From NCBI RefSeq assembly GCF_009914755.1, contig NC_060943.1: a DNA stretch of 64,000 nucleotides. The stretch is one strand, 5' to 3'. The notes under the pieces are model-generated. The model was not told where the DNA came from. It saw only the letters and a program-made list of their open reading frames with translations, and ran no database searches. A program made the position numbers and the translations under genes. This DNA is from the human T2T-CHM13v2.0 reference genome, Homo sapiens. Positions 25,246-42,124 of this stretch are shown here, one piece after another; the first letter of the stretch is position 1; every line of letters begins with the position of its first letter.

Positions 25246-26142
25246 TAGTAGAGACGGGGTTTCACCGTGGTCTCGATCTCCTGACCTCGTGATCCGCCCG
25301 CCTCGGCCTCCCAAAGTGCTGGGATTACAGGCGTGAGCCACCGCGCCCGGCCACATGCTGTTTTCAAGGTTCATCCACTTTGCAGCCTCCCTCTCTGTAA
25401 GCCTCGGTCCCCCCACATCTGGGAAATGGGGTGGGGACGCTGTTGGGGAAGGGAGGGCAGGGGTGGACCCTGGAGTGTGTGGGGCGCGTGTAGGGAGGTG
25501 ATCGGCTGCCCCCGTGTGGTGCACGGTAGAACTGCAGCTCTCAGCGCCAATGCAGGGAACGGGTTGGGGGCGCTCAGCCCCTCTAGCCTACCCCCAAGAC
25601 CCCCACTTTCACCCTGCGGCGTCCCTGGGATCACAGTACGTCTAGAACACTACCCCGGAACTCCACCCTCTCTGCCACTGTCCCTGAGGCTCCTCGGGCC
25701 ATATTTGCCAAATAGTAATAATAATGTCCCCACATATGAATTTTGAATCTGGTCCCCTGTGAAGCACTTTACTCAAAGATTCTCATTTATTTGTTAGCAG
25801 TAACATTAAAATAACAAATAAATATAAACAAATTGACAAATAAAAATAGTAGCAGCCTGAGGTTGCTGCTATTATTTTTCGGAGACAGGAAACCACAGTG
25901 GTTGAGAGAGGGTCCAAGTTCTGGAACTTGGGAGCACTTGGATTCAAATTGTAGCCCTGCCACTAATTTGCCGTGTGACCTTCAGCGTGTGACGTTTCTC
26001 CCTTCCTTGGGCCTCTGTTTCCTCATCTGCAAATGGGATTGATAAAGATGCTCCCTACCTCTTGGGGTGGCAGAAAGGAGAAACTGCTCAGAGCCTGGCA
26101 CAAGGGCAACTGCCATGAGTCTGTGTTGCTCATAGTATCAAG

Positions 26143-26822
26143 CAGTGCTGTGCTTTCACAACCAGCTTTTGGCTGAGTGCAGGGTAGTCCCAGCACTTTA
26201 GGAGGCCGAAGTGGGAGGATCGCCTGAGCCTGAGAGTTGGAGATCAGCCTGGGCAATATGGCTACAAAAAATTAGCTGGGCGTGGTGGTGCACACCTGTA
26301 GTCCCAGTGACTTGGTGGGGCTGAGCTGGGAGGATTGCTTGAGCCGGGGATGTCCAGGCTGCGGTGAGCCATAATCGTGCCACTGCACTCTAGCCTGGGT
26401 AATGCAGTGAGACCCTGTCTCAAAAACAAAACAAAGCAAAGCAAAACAAAACACCCCCAGCTCTCTGCAGGTGGGGGTGTGGAGCCTTAATTTGTAGCAT
26501 TTGCCAATTTCCATGGTGTAAATATTCCCACCATGGCTAATTTCAAGCTACCAAGGTGATATCACATGGCATTTTTGCCCCCCATTATATAGTAATTTTA
26601 CTGTGCAGCTACAATAGACGTAGGTAACCTCAAGATCACAGATAATGGCAAATGTAGTAAGATAACTAGGACGTGATGAGTATGTATTACTTGTACCTTT
26701 AATGTAATTTAATTGTATGTTTGCATAATTTAATTTTTAATAATGGCTGTGTTTAACAACCAGTTCCAAAATTCCTGAGACATAACAATCAGCTCGCTCC
26801 AGCCAGATCCAGCACACTGCTG
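26143..26822. mobile_element. hAT-type DNA transposon fossil (MER63-like) interrupted by an Alu
   Basis: Terminal inverted motifs CAGTGCTGTGCT (26143) and AGCACACTGCTG (approx. 26811-26822), internal 'TTTGCCAATTTCCATGGTGTAAATATTCCCACCATGG'. Family assigned from memory. Confidence 0.5.
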
Positions 26823-27469
26823 TTTTAGAAGGGGAAACTGAGGCTCAGGAAAATAAGCCTCAGATAGAAGAAGGCAGGGCACAGACCCCTTCCCAAAACC
26901 ATGTGACTCCCAGGCCAAGACTATGTAATGCCTGTCTTTCTTTCATCCCACCCTGGTCCACAGAGCATGGATGGTCCCCACAGCGCTGTGTGGCCTCCGA
27001 GAGGCTCTTGTCCTCTCTGGTCTCAGCCTGCCCGCATGGGGAGTGGCTGTGCCCTGCAGGCGAATACCTGCACAGGGTTCCTTCGCACCTGCCAGTGAGC
27101 AACACACGGATTCTTCCTTTCACTTTACAAACTGGGAAAGTGAAGCCCAGAAAGGGCAAGTGCTTGCCCCGGGTCATACAGGTGGACAGAGAGGGTCCCC
27201 ACACCCCAGCTGGGGTGCAAAGGAGTGGATGCTGCAGCCCCAACCTGCGGGTCTGGATCTATGTGGCTGAGTGGAGGCAGCCTGACTAGGGAGGTCACTG
27301 AGCCCTCAGCAGTGGCCAAGCCCCGCACACCATCCCCTTCACCCACCCCACCCTTAGGCCTCCGAGGGGAGAGCTTCCCCCGCTCCCCCCCGCCAACTGG
27401 GGAGAGAATGGGCCAGGGGGAGGGACAATGTGGGCAGCGCCTCTGGGGTCTTCTCTGGCTCAGTCCCTT

Positions 27470-27760
27470 TATCTCTATCTCTTCACAGATCTCTGCGTCT
27501 CTGTATCTCTTTGTCTCTCCCTGTGTGTGTGTGGGGTCTCTCTCAGTCTTTGTCCCTCTGCGTCTCTGGGTCTCTCTGTCTCTGTCTCCCTGCGTCTCTC
27601 TCTCTCTGTCATCTGGCTCTTCCTTCATCTCCTTGCGCCTCTCCACCCTTTTGTAACTCGTCTCTCTCTCTTCGTGTCTCTCTATCTCTACGTCTCTCGA
27701 TCTCTCTCTCTGCGTCTCTGGCGCTCTGCCCCGGCCTCTCTCTCCCCTTCTCTCCTCTCC
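27470..27760. repeat. CT-rich low-complexity polypyrimidine tract upstream of the MARK4 promoter
   Basis: Degenerate (TCTCTG/TCTC)n over about 290 bp. Confidence 0.85.
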
Positions 27761-28700
27761 AGTGCGCCTCTCGTCTCGGGCGAGAACACGCTCCCCGCCG
27801 GCGTGCCCAGACCCGCCTCCGCCCCCGGAGCCCCCGGAGCCCCCGGCGCCCCGACCAGCCCGGGCCTGCGCCTTTAAGGGCCGGCGGCGGGGGGCGGGGT
27901 CCCGGCGCCCCGCCCTGCCCGCCCCTCCCCCTGACGTCCCTTCCTCCCTCCCCAGCCCCTCCACCGCCTCCCTCCGCCGCCGCCTGGGCCGGCTCCGCGC
28001 CCCCTCCGCGGCCCCCGCCCGCCCGCCTGCCCGCCGCCCCCATGGCGCCCGGGGTCCCCGCTGCACGGGGCCACTAGGACCCTCGGCGTCCCTTCCCCTC
28101 CCCCGCCCTGCCCCCTCTCCCGCCGCGCGGACCCGGGCGTTCTCGGCGCCCAGCTTTTGAGCTCGCGTCCCCAGGCCGGCGGGGGGGGAGGGGAAGAGAG
28201 GGGACCCTGGGACCCCCGCCCCCCCCCACCCGGCCGCCCCTGCCCCCCGGGACCCGGAGAAGATGTCTTCGCGGACGGTGCTGGCCCCGGGCAACGATCG
28301 GAACTCGGACACGGTGAGTGGGGCCCGGCCCCTTGGGGAGCCCTGGCTGGGTCCAGCCGCCAAACCCTTCTCCCCGTTGTACCCCTCGCCCCGCGAGCCC
28401 CTACCCTCGTTTCCTGGGCCCGACCCGGCTCGTCACCTCTCGACCCCTCCCGGACTTCCAGGCCTCTCCACCCTCCCCACCTTTTCCAGCCCAGCCCGAC
28501 CCCTGGGGGCGCCCCTCTCTCGGGACCCCTCTCTTGTCCCCGTGCAGACCGCTTCCGCTCGGGTCTGTTCCCTCCAGGAAGCCCCTTCCCCTGCTTCCAG
28601 GAGCCCCTCCCTTCTCTTGCCTGTGCTAAGCCGTTTCCCCTCCAGGCCGTCCGCGTCCGACACCTCGCCCCCTCCCGGATTTGCAGGGCCCCTGACCCCC
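27700..28700 (+). promoter_or_regulatory. MARK4: MARK4 CpG-island promoter and 5' UTR
   Basis: CpG-dense region with multiple GC boxes (GGGGCGGGG, CCCCGCCC), TATA-like TTTAAG at 27873 and CRE-like TGACGTC at 27932-27938. It surrounds coding exon 1. Confidence 0.9.
28263..28313 (+). CDS. MARK4: MARK4 exon 1 CDS: MSSRTVLAPGNDRNSDT
   Basis: ATG in AAGATGT context, donor ACG|gtgagt. Recognised as the MARK4 N-terminus. Confidence 0.96.
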
Positions 28701-31700
28701 CAAGGCCCGGCCCTGGCACTCTCAGCAGGGCCTGGCCCAGTCCTGCCTCTGGCTCCGGCCTTCCCTGTCTGGGGCTGGGTGCCGGCTCCCCAGGAGCCCC
28801 CCTCCTCTTATTCCCAGCCCTCTGCCCCTCCAGGACGCACCCAGGGCGCCTGTGGGCAGCCCCTGGCAGGAAGCTGGTTTCCACCTCTCCTGGGCCCCGG
28901 CCCTTTTCTGGCTTCTTCAAGGTCTCTCCCGTCCCAGGCCTGGTCCCCATCTTCCAAGCAGCCCTGTCCCTAGATCCCAGCACCCCGGGGCCCCCAGATG
29001 CCACCTGGACCCTTTCTGGTCTCTTCCTCTCCCAGGAAGCCTTGGCCTCCAACTTCTAGGCCCTCACCTCACCCAGGCTGGTATTTCTAGGCCCTGGACC
29101 AGTCTGACTCCAGGCCTCATCCGCCCTCTATCAACTTCTCAGCTTCAGGCAGCCCCTTCCCCAACCCCCAACCTCTGGACCCCCTGCTAGGCCAAACTCA
29201 GACCCCTTCCCCACAAACCACCGTCCTTTCTCCTGCCCCAGGGCCTCCCCCTTCCTTGCTGGGAGTCTGGCCTTCCAAGGAAGCCCCCTCCTCAGCTTCA
29301 GAGGCCTTCCTCAGCTACAGGGCCTGGCCCCAGATCCTTCTTCCAGAAAACTCCTGGACCTGAAGCCTCTCGTCTTGCCCTGGTTTCAAGCCCTTTTCCC
29401 TTGGGTCAATCTGCTGGAAGCTTTCTCCCCAAATTTCTAGACCCCTTGACCTTCCCCAGGGCTCAGCCTTTATTCATCTGGGCTGCTCCTTGCCCAAGAA
29501 GTTCCTACCCCATACTTCCAGGCCCCCCAGACCCTTCTCTGGTTTCAAGGACTTCTCCTAGAAGCCCCCTTCTCTGATTCCTAGGAGCTTCCCCAAGACC
29601 CAGGGATTCCTGGCCTCTGACTTCCACTGCCCCCATGGCTTTGTCACTTTCCACCATTCCCAGGCGCCCCCTGCCCCTACACTGCTTCCCAGAGAGGCCC
29701 CTCCCCATCTCCTGTGTCTCTGATCACTGATCACTTCCAAAGACCTGCCCACCACCCAATCCTAGACTTCTCCCCACCTGGGATCTTTGTGCCTTTCTCC
29801 AAATCCTTCTGCCAGGTCCCTGTTCCCCTTCCCCCTGTTTCCCTCACCTCCGACAGACCCCCCCCCAACACACACACCATCAGAGAGATTTATATCTGTC
29901 CCTTCCTCATCTTGCAGATCCCTCCCTCACAGAGACCACCCCGCATCATCACTATGGGCCAGAACTCCAATTTGGAGTCTAATGAAATGCCTACCACCTC
30001 TGTTCCTTGGTCACTACAATCTACAGTGAGGTGCCAGGGGCTCCACAGTCCTGGGTTCCAATGCTGACATGGCCAGCTGGTTTGCCTTGTGTCCTCAGAC
30101 AACCAGTTCTCCCTTTCTGAGCCTCAGTTTCCTGCCCTGGAAAATAGGGGTGACCGCTTGAGTGCCTCCGAGGCTTACTTGATTCAGGCGAAGGCTGGCA
30201 CCTAGGAAGCACTCCACAAATGCCAGCTGCTATTGTGGCTGTGGGTATGAGTCAGACAGCCCGTGGATTCTCAGCTCAGGGCTGTTATTGGTTGTTGAGT
30301 GAGCCTGCAGATTCACTCCCAGCTTGCAGCCTCAGTTTCCTTATCTCTAAATCGGGTTGATGATGGCCCCCCACTGTTAGGGATGTTTGCAGGAGCCAGC
30401 GACGTGATGTGACTAAGGTGCACAGGGCCTGGCATGTGTCGTGGCTGTTGTGGTTATTAGCACTACTTTAATTGTTCAGATAAACTTGGGTTCACATCCT
30501 GTTTCTGTCCCTCCCTAGCTGTGTGACCTCGGGCAAGTAACCTTACCTCTCTGAGCCTTGGTTTCCTTGTCTGTTAAGTGGAACGCCTAATGAAGACTTG
30601 CTGTTCCCTGGGTTGTTAAGATGCGTGCATGGTGCGGATTTGAGGATGGCTAATCCCCTTTTCTCTCCTCCAACTCTTGTCACTAAGACCTGCCTGTCAG
30701 TCCTGGTGGGGAGTCACTTGCCTGCCTCTGGAATGGGAGGTTGCAGCCCCCTCTCCTGTTACCTGGTTACCATGGCTACAGCCACGTGGGGTCATGCTCC
30801 CCCACCCCAAGTTCCAGGGCCCCCCACCAGGGGGCCAGCCTCCCCAGGTTCCCTAGCAACAGTCCCGGGTGTTGGGGCGCCAGCCGGGCGGGAGGGAGCC
30901 AGGCCAGCTGGTGGTGCAGGCCAATTTTAGCTCCCACCCCCGGCCCCCAGGGGCTTTGTCACCCACTGCCCCAGCTGCCCCTCGCAGGGGTCCCTCAGCC
31001 ATGCTGCCTTCAGCGTGGTGCCATCCCACCTCCAGCTGGCTGCCCTGGCGCCACCTGACAGGGCTTCTTCTCCAGGTCCTTATCTTGGTGGGGATCGGAG
31101 GCCTTATCTCCAGGATCTCCACCTGCCTCCCTGGTCTCTCCTGGGAAGAAGCCTGGGCCTGTGGGGAAGCCTGGCTCAGCACTCAGGAGGAATCAGCAGG
31201 CCGGGGTTCGCATCCCAGCACTCTGCTCCATCTGCCCTGTGACCTTGGGGGAGGGACTCCCCCTGCCTGAGCCTGGGTGTCCCCGTCTGAAGACTGCAGA
31301 TCATAATTGGACCCACATTGGAGGCCAGGGTGAGGGCACGGCAGGCAGTGGCGGACGCGTGGTTAGAGCCCTGGCCGTGGTGGTTGGAACTGCCCAGCTG
31401 TGGGGAGGTTGTCTTTCTGCCCCTGTGAATGGACTGTGTGACCTTCACATGGCACCTTCCCTCTCCAAGGCTCAGTTTCTCTGCTGGAACATGGAGTCAT
31501 TCCCTGGGCTACTGCAGGAATTAAGTGTAGGCGAGTTACCTGTTTACACAGGACTTGGTCCATAGCATGAGCTGCTTTGTAGAAATGGTTCATGACCCAG
31601 CGTGGTAGCTCACACCTATAATCCCAGAACTTTGGGAGACCCAGGCAGGAGGATGGCTTGAGCCTGGGAGCTGAAGACTAGCCCGGACAACATAGCAAGA

Positions 31701-31955
31701 CTCCATCTCTACAAAAAAATTTAAAAATCAGCTGTGTGTGGTGGTGCACTCCTGTGGTCCCAGCTACTCAGGAGCCTGAGGTGGGAGGATTTGCTTGAAC
31801 CCAGGCAGTTGAGGCTCCAGTGAGCCTTGATTACACCACTGCACTTCAGCCTGGATAACAGAGCAAGGCCCTGTCTCAAAAAAAAAAAAAAGGTTCAGGT
31901 GTGAGAGGCAGTGTGGTATTGTGACAGAGAAGAGCATCAAGTCTGGTGGAAACTA

Positions 31956-32356
<401 letters not shown>

Positions 32357-32807
32357 TCAATGACCAGCATTAATTAAACGTTAGTTGTCGTTGCTATCAA
32401 GTGGCCCGGCAGTGTCTTTCTCAGAGACTTGGGCCCCCAGCCCATCAGCCTCTTGGCCTTTCTTCCTCCCCTCCTGTTGTCCTCCTGCTTCCCACTCCCA
32501 GCCGGAAGGGCACAGGCAGAACTGCCTTGGCGGGAGGCCTCAGGCACCCTGAGCCCCAGCCCTGAAAGGGAGACACAGTCCCTGGGGCTTCCAATCAGGC
32601 CAGGGCAGCTCAGAGCAGGCAGGTGACCTGCGGGGGAGAGAGGCCAGGGAGGGACAGGACAGTAGGAACAGAACATCAGGAGGAGAGAAGCCATGGTGTG
32701 GGAGACAGCAAGTCAGGGCGCTTCTCAAGCCCTGGGTGTTTCAGGGGGTGGCAGAAGCAACAATGTTTCCCATGGAAGGAGGATAACAGGGATTCAACCA
32801 GGTCTCA

Positions 32808-33356
<549 letters not shown>

Positions 33357-33399
33357 TCATTTAGGGCAAAATATTGTAGAGTTGATCCAGGCTCCAGGA

Positions 33400-35084
<1,685 letters not shown>

Positions 35085-35186
35085 TAATTAGAAAAGGAGG
35101 TTGGGGCTGGATGCGGTGGCTCACATCTGTAATCCGTACAGCCGAGGCAGGTGGGTCACCTGAGTCAGGAGTTTGAGACCAGCTTA

Positions 35187-35641
<455 letters not shown>

Positions 35642-35665
35642 TCATGCTCCATCTCCCCCGCCCAG

Positions 35666-35866
35666 CATGGCACCTTGGGCAGTGGCCGCTCCTCGGACAA
35701 AGGCCCGTCCTGGTCCAGCCGCTCACTGGGTGCCCGTTGCCGGAACTCCATCGCCTCCTGTCCCGAGGAGCAGCCCCACGTGGGCAACTACCGCCTGCTG
35801 AGGACCATTGGGAAGGGCAACTTTGCCAAAGTCAAGCTGGCTCGGCACATCCTCACTGGTCGGGAG
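35666..35866 (+). CDS. MARK4: MARK4 exon 2: [10 protein letters not shown]...[27 protein letters not shown] (Gly-rich loop)
   Basis: cccag|CAT and GAG|gtgagt. 201 nt, phase 0-0. Contains the kinase subdomain I motif GKGNFAKV. Confidence 0.97.
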
Positions 35867-36119
35867 GTGAGTATGGGCACAGGGTGGGGCTCGGGGCAGG
35901 TCCCTGTGGGACCAGGTCTTCGGTGTATGTTGATAGAGGTCAGGATTGGCCCTGGGTTTGCTTTGTGGCCTCAGGTAAGTTCCCGACTCTCTATGGGACA
36001 GGTCACAATATCTCTGATGTTCCCAGAACCACCCCCGTGGGAAAAGAGAACTAATTTCACGTATCCCTGAAATTGCCGGGAAATCTCAGATCACAGGCAG
36101 TCCAATGTGTGCATTGCTA

Positions 36120-36302
<183 letters not shown>

Positions 36303-36649
36303 TTAGCTGGGTGCGGTGGTGTGTGCCTGTGGTCCCAGCTACTTGGGAGGCTGAGGCGGGAGGATCGCTTGAGCTCAGGAGTTTGAGGCTGCGGTGAGGT
36401 GTGACCTCACCACTGCACTCCAGCCTGGGTAACAGAGTGAGACCCTATCTCAAAAAATAAAAATAAAATAAAATAAAAGAGGGCTGGGCATGGTGGCTTA
36501 CGCCTGTAATCCCAGTACTTTGGGAAGCTGAGGCAGGTGGATTGCTTGAGGTCAGGAGTTCGAGACCAGCCTGACCAACATGATGAAACCCTGTCTCTAC
36601 TAAAAATACAAAAATTAGCTGGGCGTGGTGGCACATGCCTATAATCTCA

Positions 36650-36778
<129 letters not shown>

Positions 36779-37205
36779 TTAAAAGGCCGTGCGCGGTGGC
36801 TCACTCCTATAGTCCCAGCACTTTGGGAGGCCAAGGCAAGTGGATCACCTGAGGTCAGGAGTTCAAGACCAGCCTGGCCAACATGGTAAAACCCCGTCTC
36901 TACTAAAAATATAAAGATTAGCCTGGTGTGATAGCAGGCACCTGTAATTTCAGCTACTTGGGAGGCTGAGGCAGGAGAATTGCTTGAGCCCAGGAGGCAG
37001 AGGTTGCAATGAGCCAAGATGGTGCCACTGTATTCCACCTGGGCAACAAGACCGAGACTTTGTCTCAAAAAAAAAAAAAAAAAAATTGGCCGAGTGCAGT
37101 GGCTCATACCAACAAACACAGCGCTTTGGGAGGCCGAGGCAGGTGGATCACCTGAGGTCAGGAGTTCGAGACCAGCCTGGCCAACATGGCAAAACCCCAT
37201 CTTTA

Positions 37206-37370
<165 letters not shown>

Positions 37371-37784
37371 TCAAAAAATAAATAAATAAATAGTAAATAA
37401 ATTAAAAATAAAAAATAAATAAACCTGAGCTGCCTCTCTGTTTTAAGGGTGGACTTTGGTTCCTTGAAATCTTCCTGTGATCTGGAGAACACAGCAGGTT
37501 TATTTATGTTGTATTCTCAGTTACACACAGCCTCACTCTCCCCACCACCTCTTCCAGAGCAGGCATCTGTGCTGAGTATGGTGACATTATTGCAAAAAGG
37601 GCCCACACAGGCTTTGCAGCCTAGATATGAGGTCTCTAACTCACTTAGAGGAAAAGGAATGGTGGGTGATTTCATGATTTCCCCACCCCTCCTTCAACTT
37701 CAGAGAAATGATTGGAATGAATTATCCTGCCTTGGATGGACTCTCCCCTGCCCTCACGCTGTCTACACCATACACGCAAAAGAC

Positions 37785-38200
37785 ACCGGGCCCCGATGGT
37801 CTTACAGGCAAATCCTACCAGATGTTCACATTTTATGCCAGTTCTTCCAGAGACTAAAGAAAGAACTGCCACTGCCTGACTGATTTTTACGCGCTAGTTT
37901 GTCCTTAAGAGCAAAACCAGACAAGAAACAAAATTACAGGCCAATCTGGTGAACATAGGTATAAAAATCTTATACAAAATATTAACAAACAGAACCTGGC
38001 AAATCAATTAAAGAAAGCTGTGTGATGACGAAACTGGCTTTATCTCAGGAATGCAAAGTTCTTTTCCCTTTGACAATTTATTCATGTACTTCACCACATT
38101 CTCAGATTAAAGAAGAGAAACCATATGATCGTCTCAATACTGGCATAAAAAGTGTTTGATAAAATTTTTAAAAACACATTCGTGAGAATATGAGGAAAGC
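37785..38200 (+). mobile_element. Ancient L1 ORF2 reverse-transcriptase fragment (decayed)
   Basis: Degenerate coding for GPDG.TG..YQ, YRPI, KIL.KIL.NR, GFI.GMQ and NHMI.S....K.FDKI, with frameshifts and stops. Confidence 0.8.
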
Positions 38201-38442
38201 TAAGGGGCTCTCTCTTCCATGAAGAACACATGGTTCCCTATATGTGGATCTGGTTCCAGGGGTTTCTGAGAGGGACCTGGCCCCATCTCTGTTTTAAAAA
38301 TAAAATAAAAGTTTTACTGCAGACTGGGTGCGGTGGCTCATGCCTGTAATCCCAGCACCTTGGGAGGCTCAGGCAGGCGGATCACCTGATGTTGGGCGTT
38401 CAAGACCAGCTTGGCCAACATGGAGAAACCCCGTCTCTACTA

Positions 38443-38681
<239 letters not shown>

Positions 38682-39465
38682 TCAAAGCTGTTTTAAAAGT
38701 TGTGTTTAAGAGGTAGATTCCATCAGGCTGCATAAGTTCAAATCTGGGCCACAACTTACTACAATTTACTAGCCATGTAACTTTGGCCAAATGACTAAAC
38801 AGCTCTGTGCCTCAGTTTCCCTGTTGGTAAAATGATGATAATCCTGTTAGCCAAATGTTGGTGGCATGTGCCTGTGGTCCCAGCTACTTGGGAGGCTGAG
38901 GTGGGAGGATCACTTGAGCCCAGGAGGTCAAGGTTGCAGTGAGCTATGATCACACCACTGTAACACCACTGTACTCTAGCCTGGGAGACACAGCGAGACT
39001 CTGCCTCCAAAAGAAAAGGGGGCGGGGGGGTGGGGTGGGTGCGGAGAATGGGAGGGATAATCCTAGCACTTATCTCACAGGTTGTTGTGAAGATTAAGAG
39101 TTCTCGTTTGTAAAGCGCATAGTCCTTGTAGTGAGGGCTTAGTGCATGTTAACCAGTTGTTATTTATTCCACTGTTCATTTGTTCAAAACAAAGATGTGA
39201 TGGGCCAGTGATCTTCATTGCCCTCACAAAGGGATCCCCTCAAGGTCTCGTCCATGCCCACATCCACTCAGGCAGCTCTGGAGCAGCGTCAGCCAGGCCC
39301 TGCTGTGGAATAAGGATATTTCTCTGCAGAAGTGAGGGTGGCAGTGGAGACAGTGAGGACAGCTTGTGCAAAGGCCCTGAGGCCCTGAGTTCCCCATCCA
39401 CAGGGTATGGTCCAGAGTGAGGGCTCTTCTGGGAGAGGGGGCAAAGGAAGGATATCCCAGGGTGA

Positions 39466-39750
<285 letters not shown>

Positions 39751-39782
39751 TGACCGTCCCTCCTCCTTTCCTCCCCCTCTAG

Positions 39783-40450
<668 letters not shown>

Positions 40451-41353
40451 TCATAGTTGCATCACTGCTGTGTGACCTTGGGCAAGTCACTTAACCTCTT
40501 TGAGCCTCTATTTTCTCTTCTGGAGTAGGGGTGATAAGAGGGCCTATTACCAGGTCATTGTGAGGATTGACAAAGATGATGCATCCAAAATGCTTAGTTT
40601 GGGCTGAGCTATGGGACTTGGTCCAATTATTTCCACCAGCATCAACATCCTCACTGTCATTATCATTGGGCAGAGGCGGGAGTGAGGGGTCTTTAGTGAG
40701 AGAAGCGGAGTTTAGCTCCGCCTGGATGTGGCTGCAGCATTTGTTCATTCATTCATTCATTTACTCAGTAATTATTGATTGAGTGGCCGCTATGTGCCAG
40801 ACCCTGGGGACACAACAGGGAAGACAACAAGACACAAATCTCTGGCCTCATGGAGCTGACATTCTTGTGAGAGAGAAAGTGGAAAGGGTGGCTGGGCGCG
40901 GTGGCTCACGTCTGTAATCCCAGCACTTTGGGAGGCCGAGGCGGGTGGATCACCTGAGGTTGGGAGTTGGAGATCAGCATGACCAACATGGAGAAACCCC
41001 GTATCTATTAAAAATACAAAATTAGCCGGATATGGTGGCGCATGCTTGTAATCCCAGCTACTCGGGAGGCTGAGGCAGGAGAATCGCTTGAACCTGGGAG
41101 GGTGAGCAGAGATCGCGCCATTGCACTCCAGCCTGGGCAACAAGAGCAAAACTCCATCTCAAAAAAAAAAAACGAAAGTGGAAAGGGTGGTAGAGGGGGC
41201 TGAGGAGTTTGGAAAATCTTGCTGTCAGTAGGGAGCCATTGAGTGTTGAGTTGGGGTGGGGGTGTTATGGTTGGCACATTTGCATAGTTACTGAGGACAG
41301 GTTAGGAGGGGCCCTTTCTCCCTAATGCCCTACACTGTTCCCAACCATTATAG

Positions 41354-41419
41354 TGAAGCTCTTTGAGGTGATTGAGACTGAGAAGACGCTGTACCTGGTG
41401 ATGGAGTACGCAAGTGCTG
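41354..41419 (+). CDS. MARK4: MARK4 exon 5: (V)[21 protein letters not shown](G)
   Basis: ttatag|TG and CTG|gtgagc. 66 nt, phase 1-1. Contains the gatekeeper/hinge segment MEYA. Confidence 0.97.
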
Positions 41420-41509
41420 GTGAGCCGCCCACCCTCTCCGCCCTGCCCCTGTGCCACCTCCCCCTGCCGCTGCACCTGACCCTGACCCCGCTCGGCCTCT
41501 GCCCTGCAG

Positions 41510-41580
41510 GAGAAGTGTTTGACTACCTCGTGTCGCATGGCCGCATGAAGGAGAAGGAAGCTCGAGCCAAGTTCCGACAG
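41510..41580 (+). CDS. MARK4: MARK4 exon 6: (G)[23 protein letters not shown]
   Basis: ctgcag|GA and CAG|gttggg. 71 nt, phase 1-0. Confidence 0.97.
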
Positions 41581-42124
41581 GTTGGGGCAGGGCTGAGGGT
41601 GGGGCTGACTGGGTGCCTGGGTCCCTGGGAGGGCGTCTGAGAGCTGGGCATGGTCTGGGCTGTCCAGCGACCTGGGGGCGGGGCTTAAGTCTGGGCAGGG
41701 GTGAAGGTGCAGAGCTGGGTGTGCTGGGCATATAGTTGCCCAGATGTGAGGGCATCCGGATGTAGGTTTGCAGGTGCCCCGTTGGGTGGGTGAGAGGATG
41801 TTTGGGCATGAAGGCGCCCCGGTGGGCAGGTGTTGCATGTGTAGGGCATGTGGGTGTGCCCAGCGCGTAGGTGTGTGGGTGATGGGGGCACGAAGGTGCC
41901 AGGGTGCCAGGTGTGAGTGTGCCGGAGTGTGATTCAAAAGATGTGTGGGCAGTAGCTATGTGGGTGCCCAGGTATGTAGGTATGTAGGTGTGTGGGGAAG
42001 AGAGTGTAGGGCACCCCAGGTAGATGGGCAAGAGAGGGCTGAGGGGTGGTTGTGTAAGCTTGTAGGTACTAGGGCATGCCGGTATGTGGGTGCCCGGGTG
42101 TGCGAGTGCCCAGATGTATGGGTT

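Noticed and set aside
27125-29059. Several 200-412 aa ORFs on both strands around the MARK4 promoter
   Set aside because: Expected stop-codon depletion in a CpG island and CT-rich tract. The products are G/P/R/A-rich with no recognisable family.
35667-35801. Out-of-frame 44-codon ATG ORF inside MARK4 exon 2
   Set aside because: It would need leaky scanning past a main ATG that has -3 A, and nothing else supports translation.
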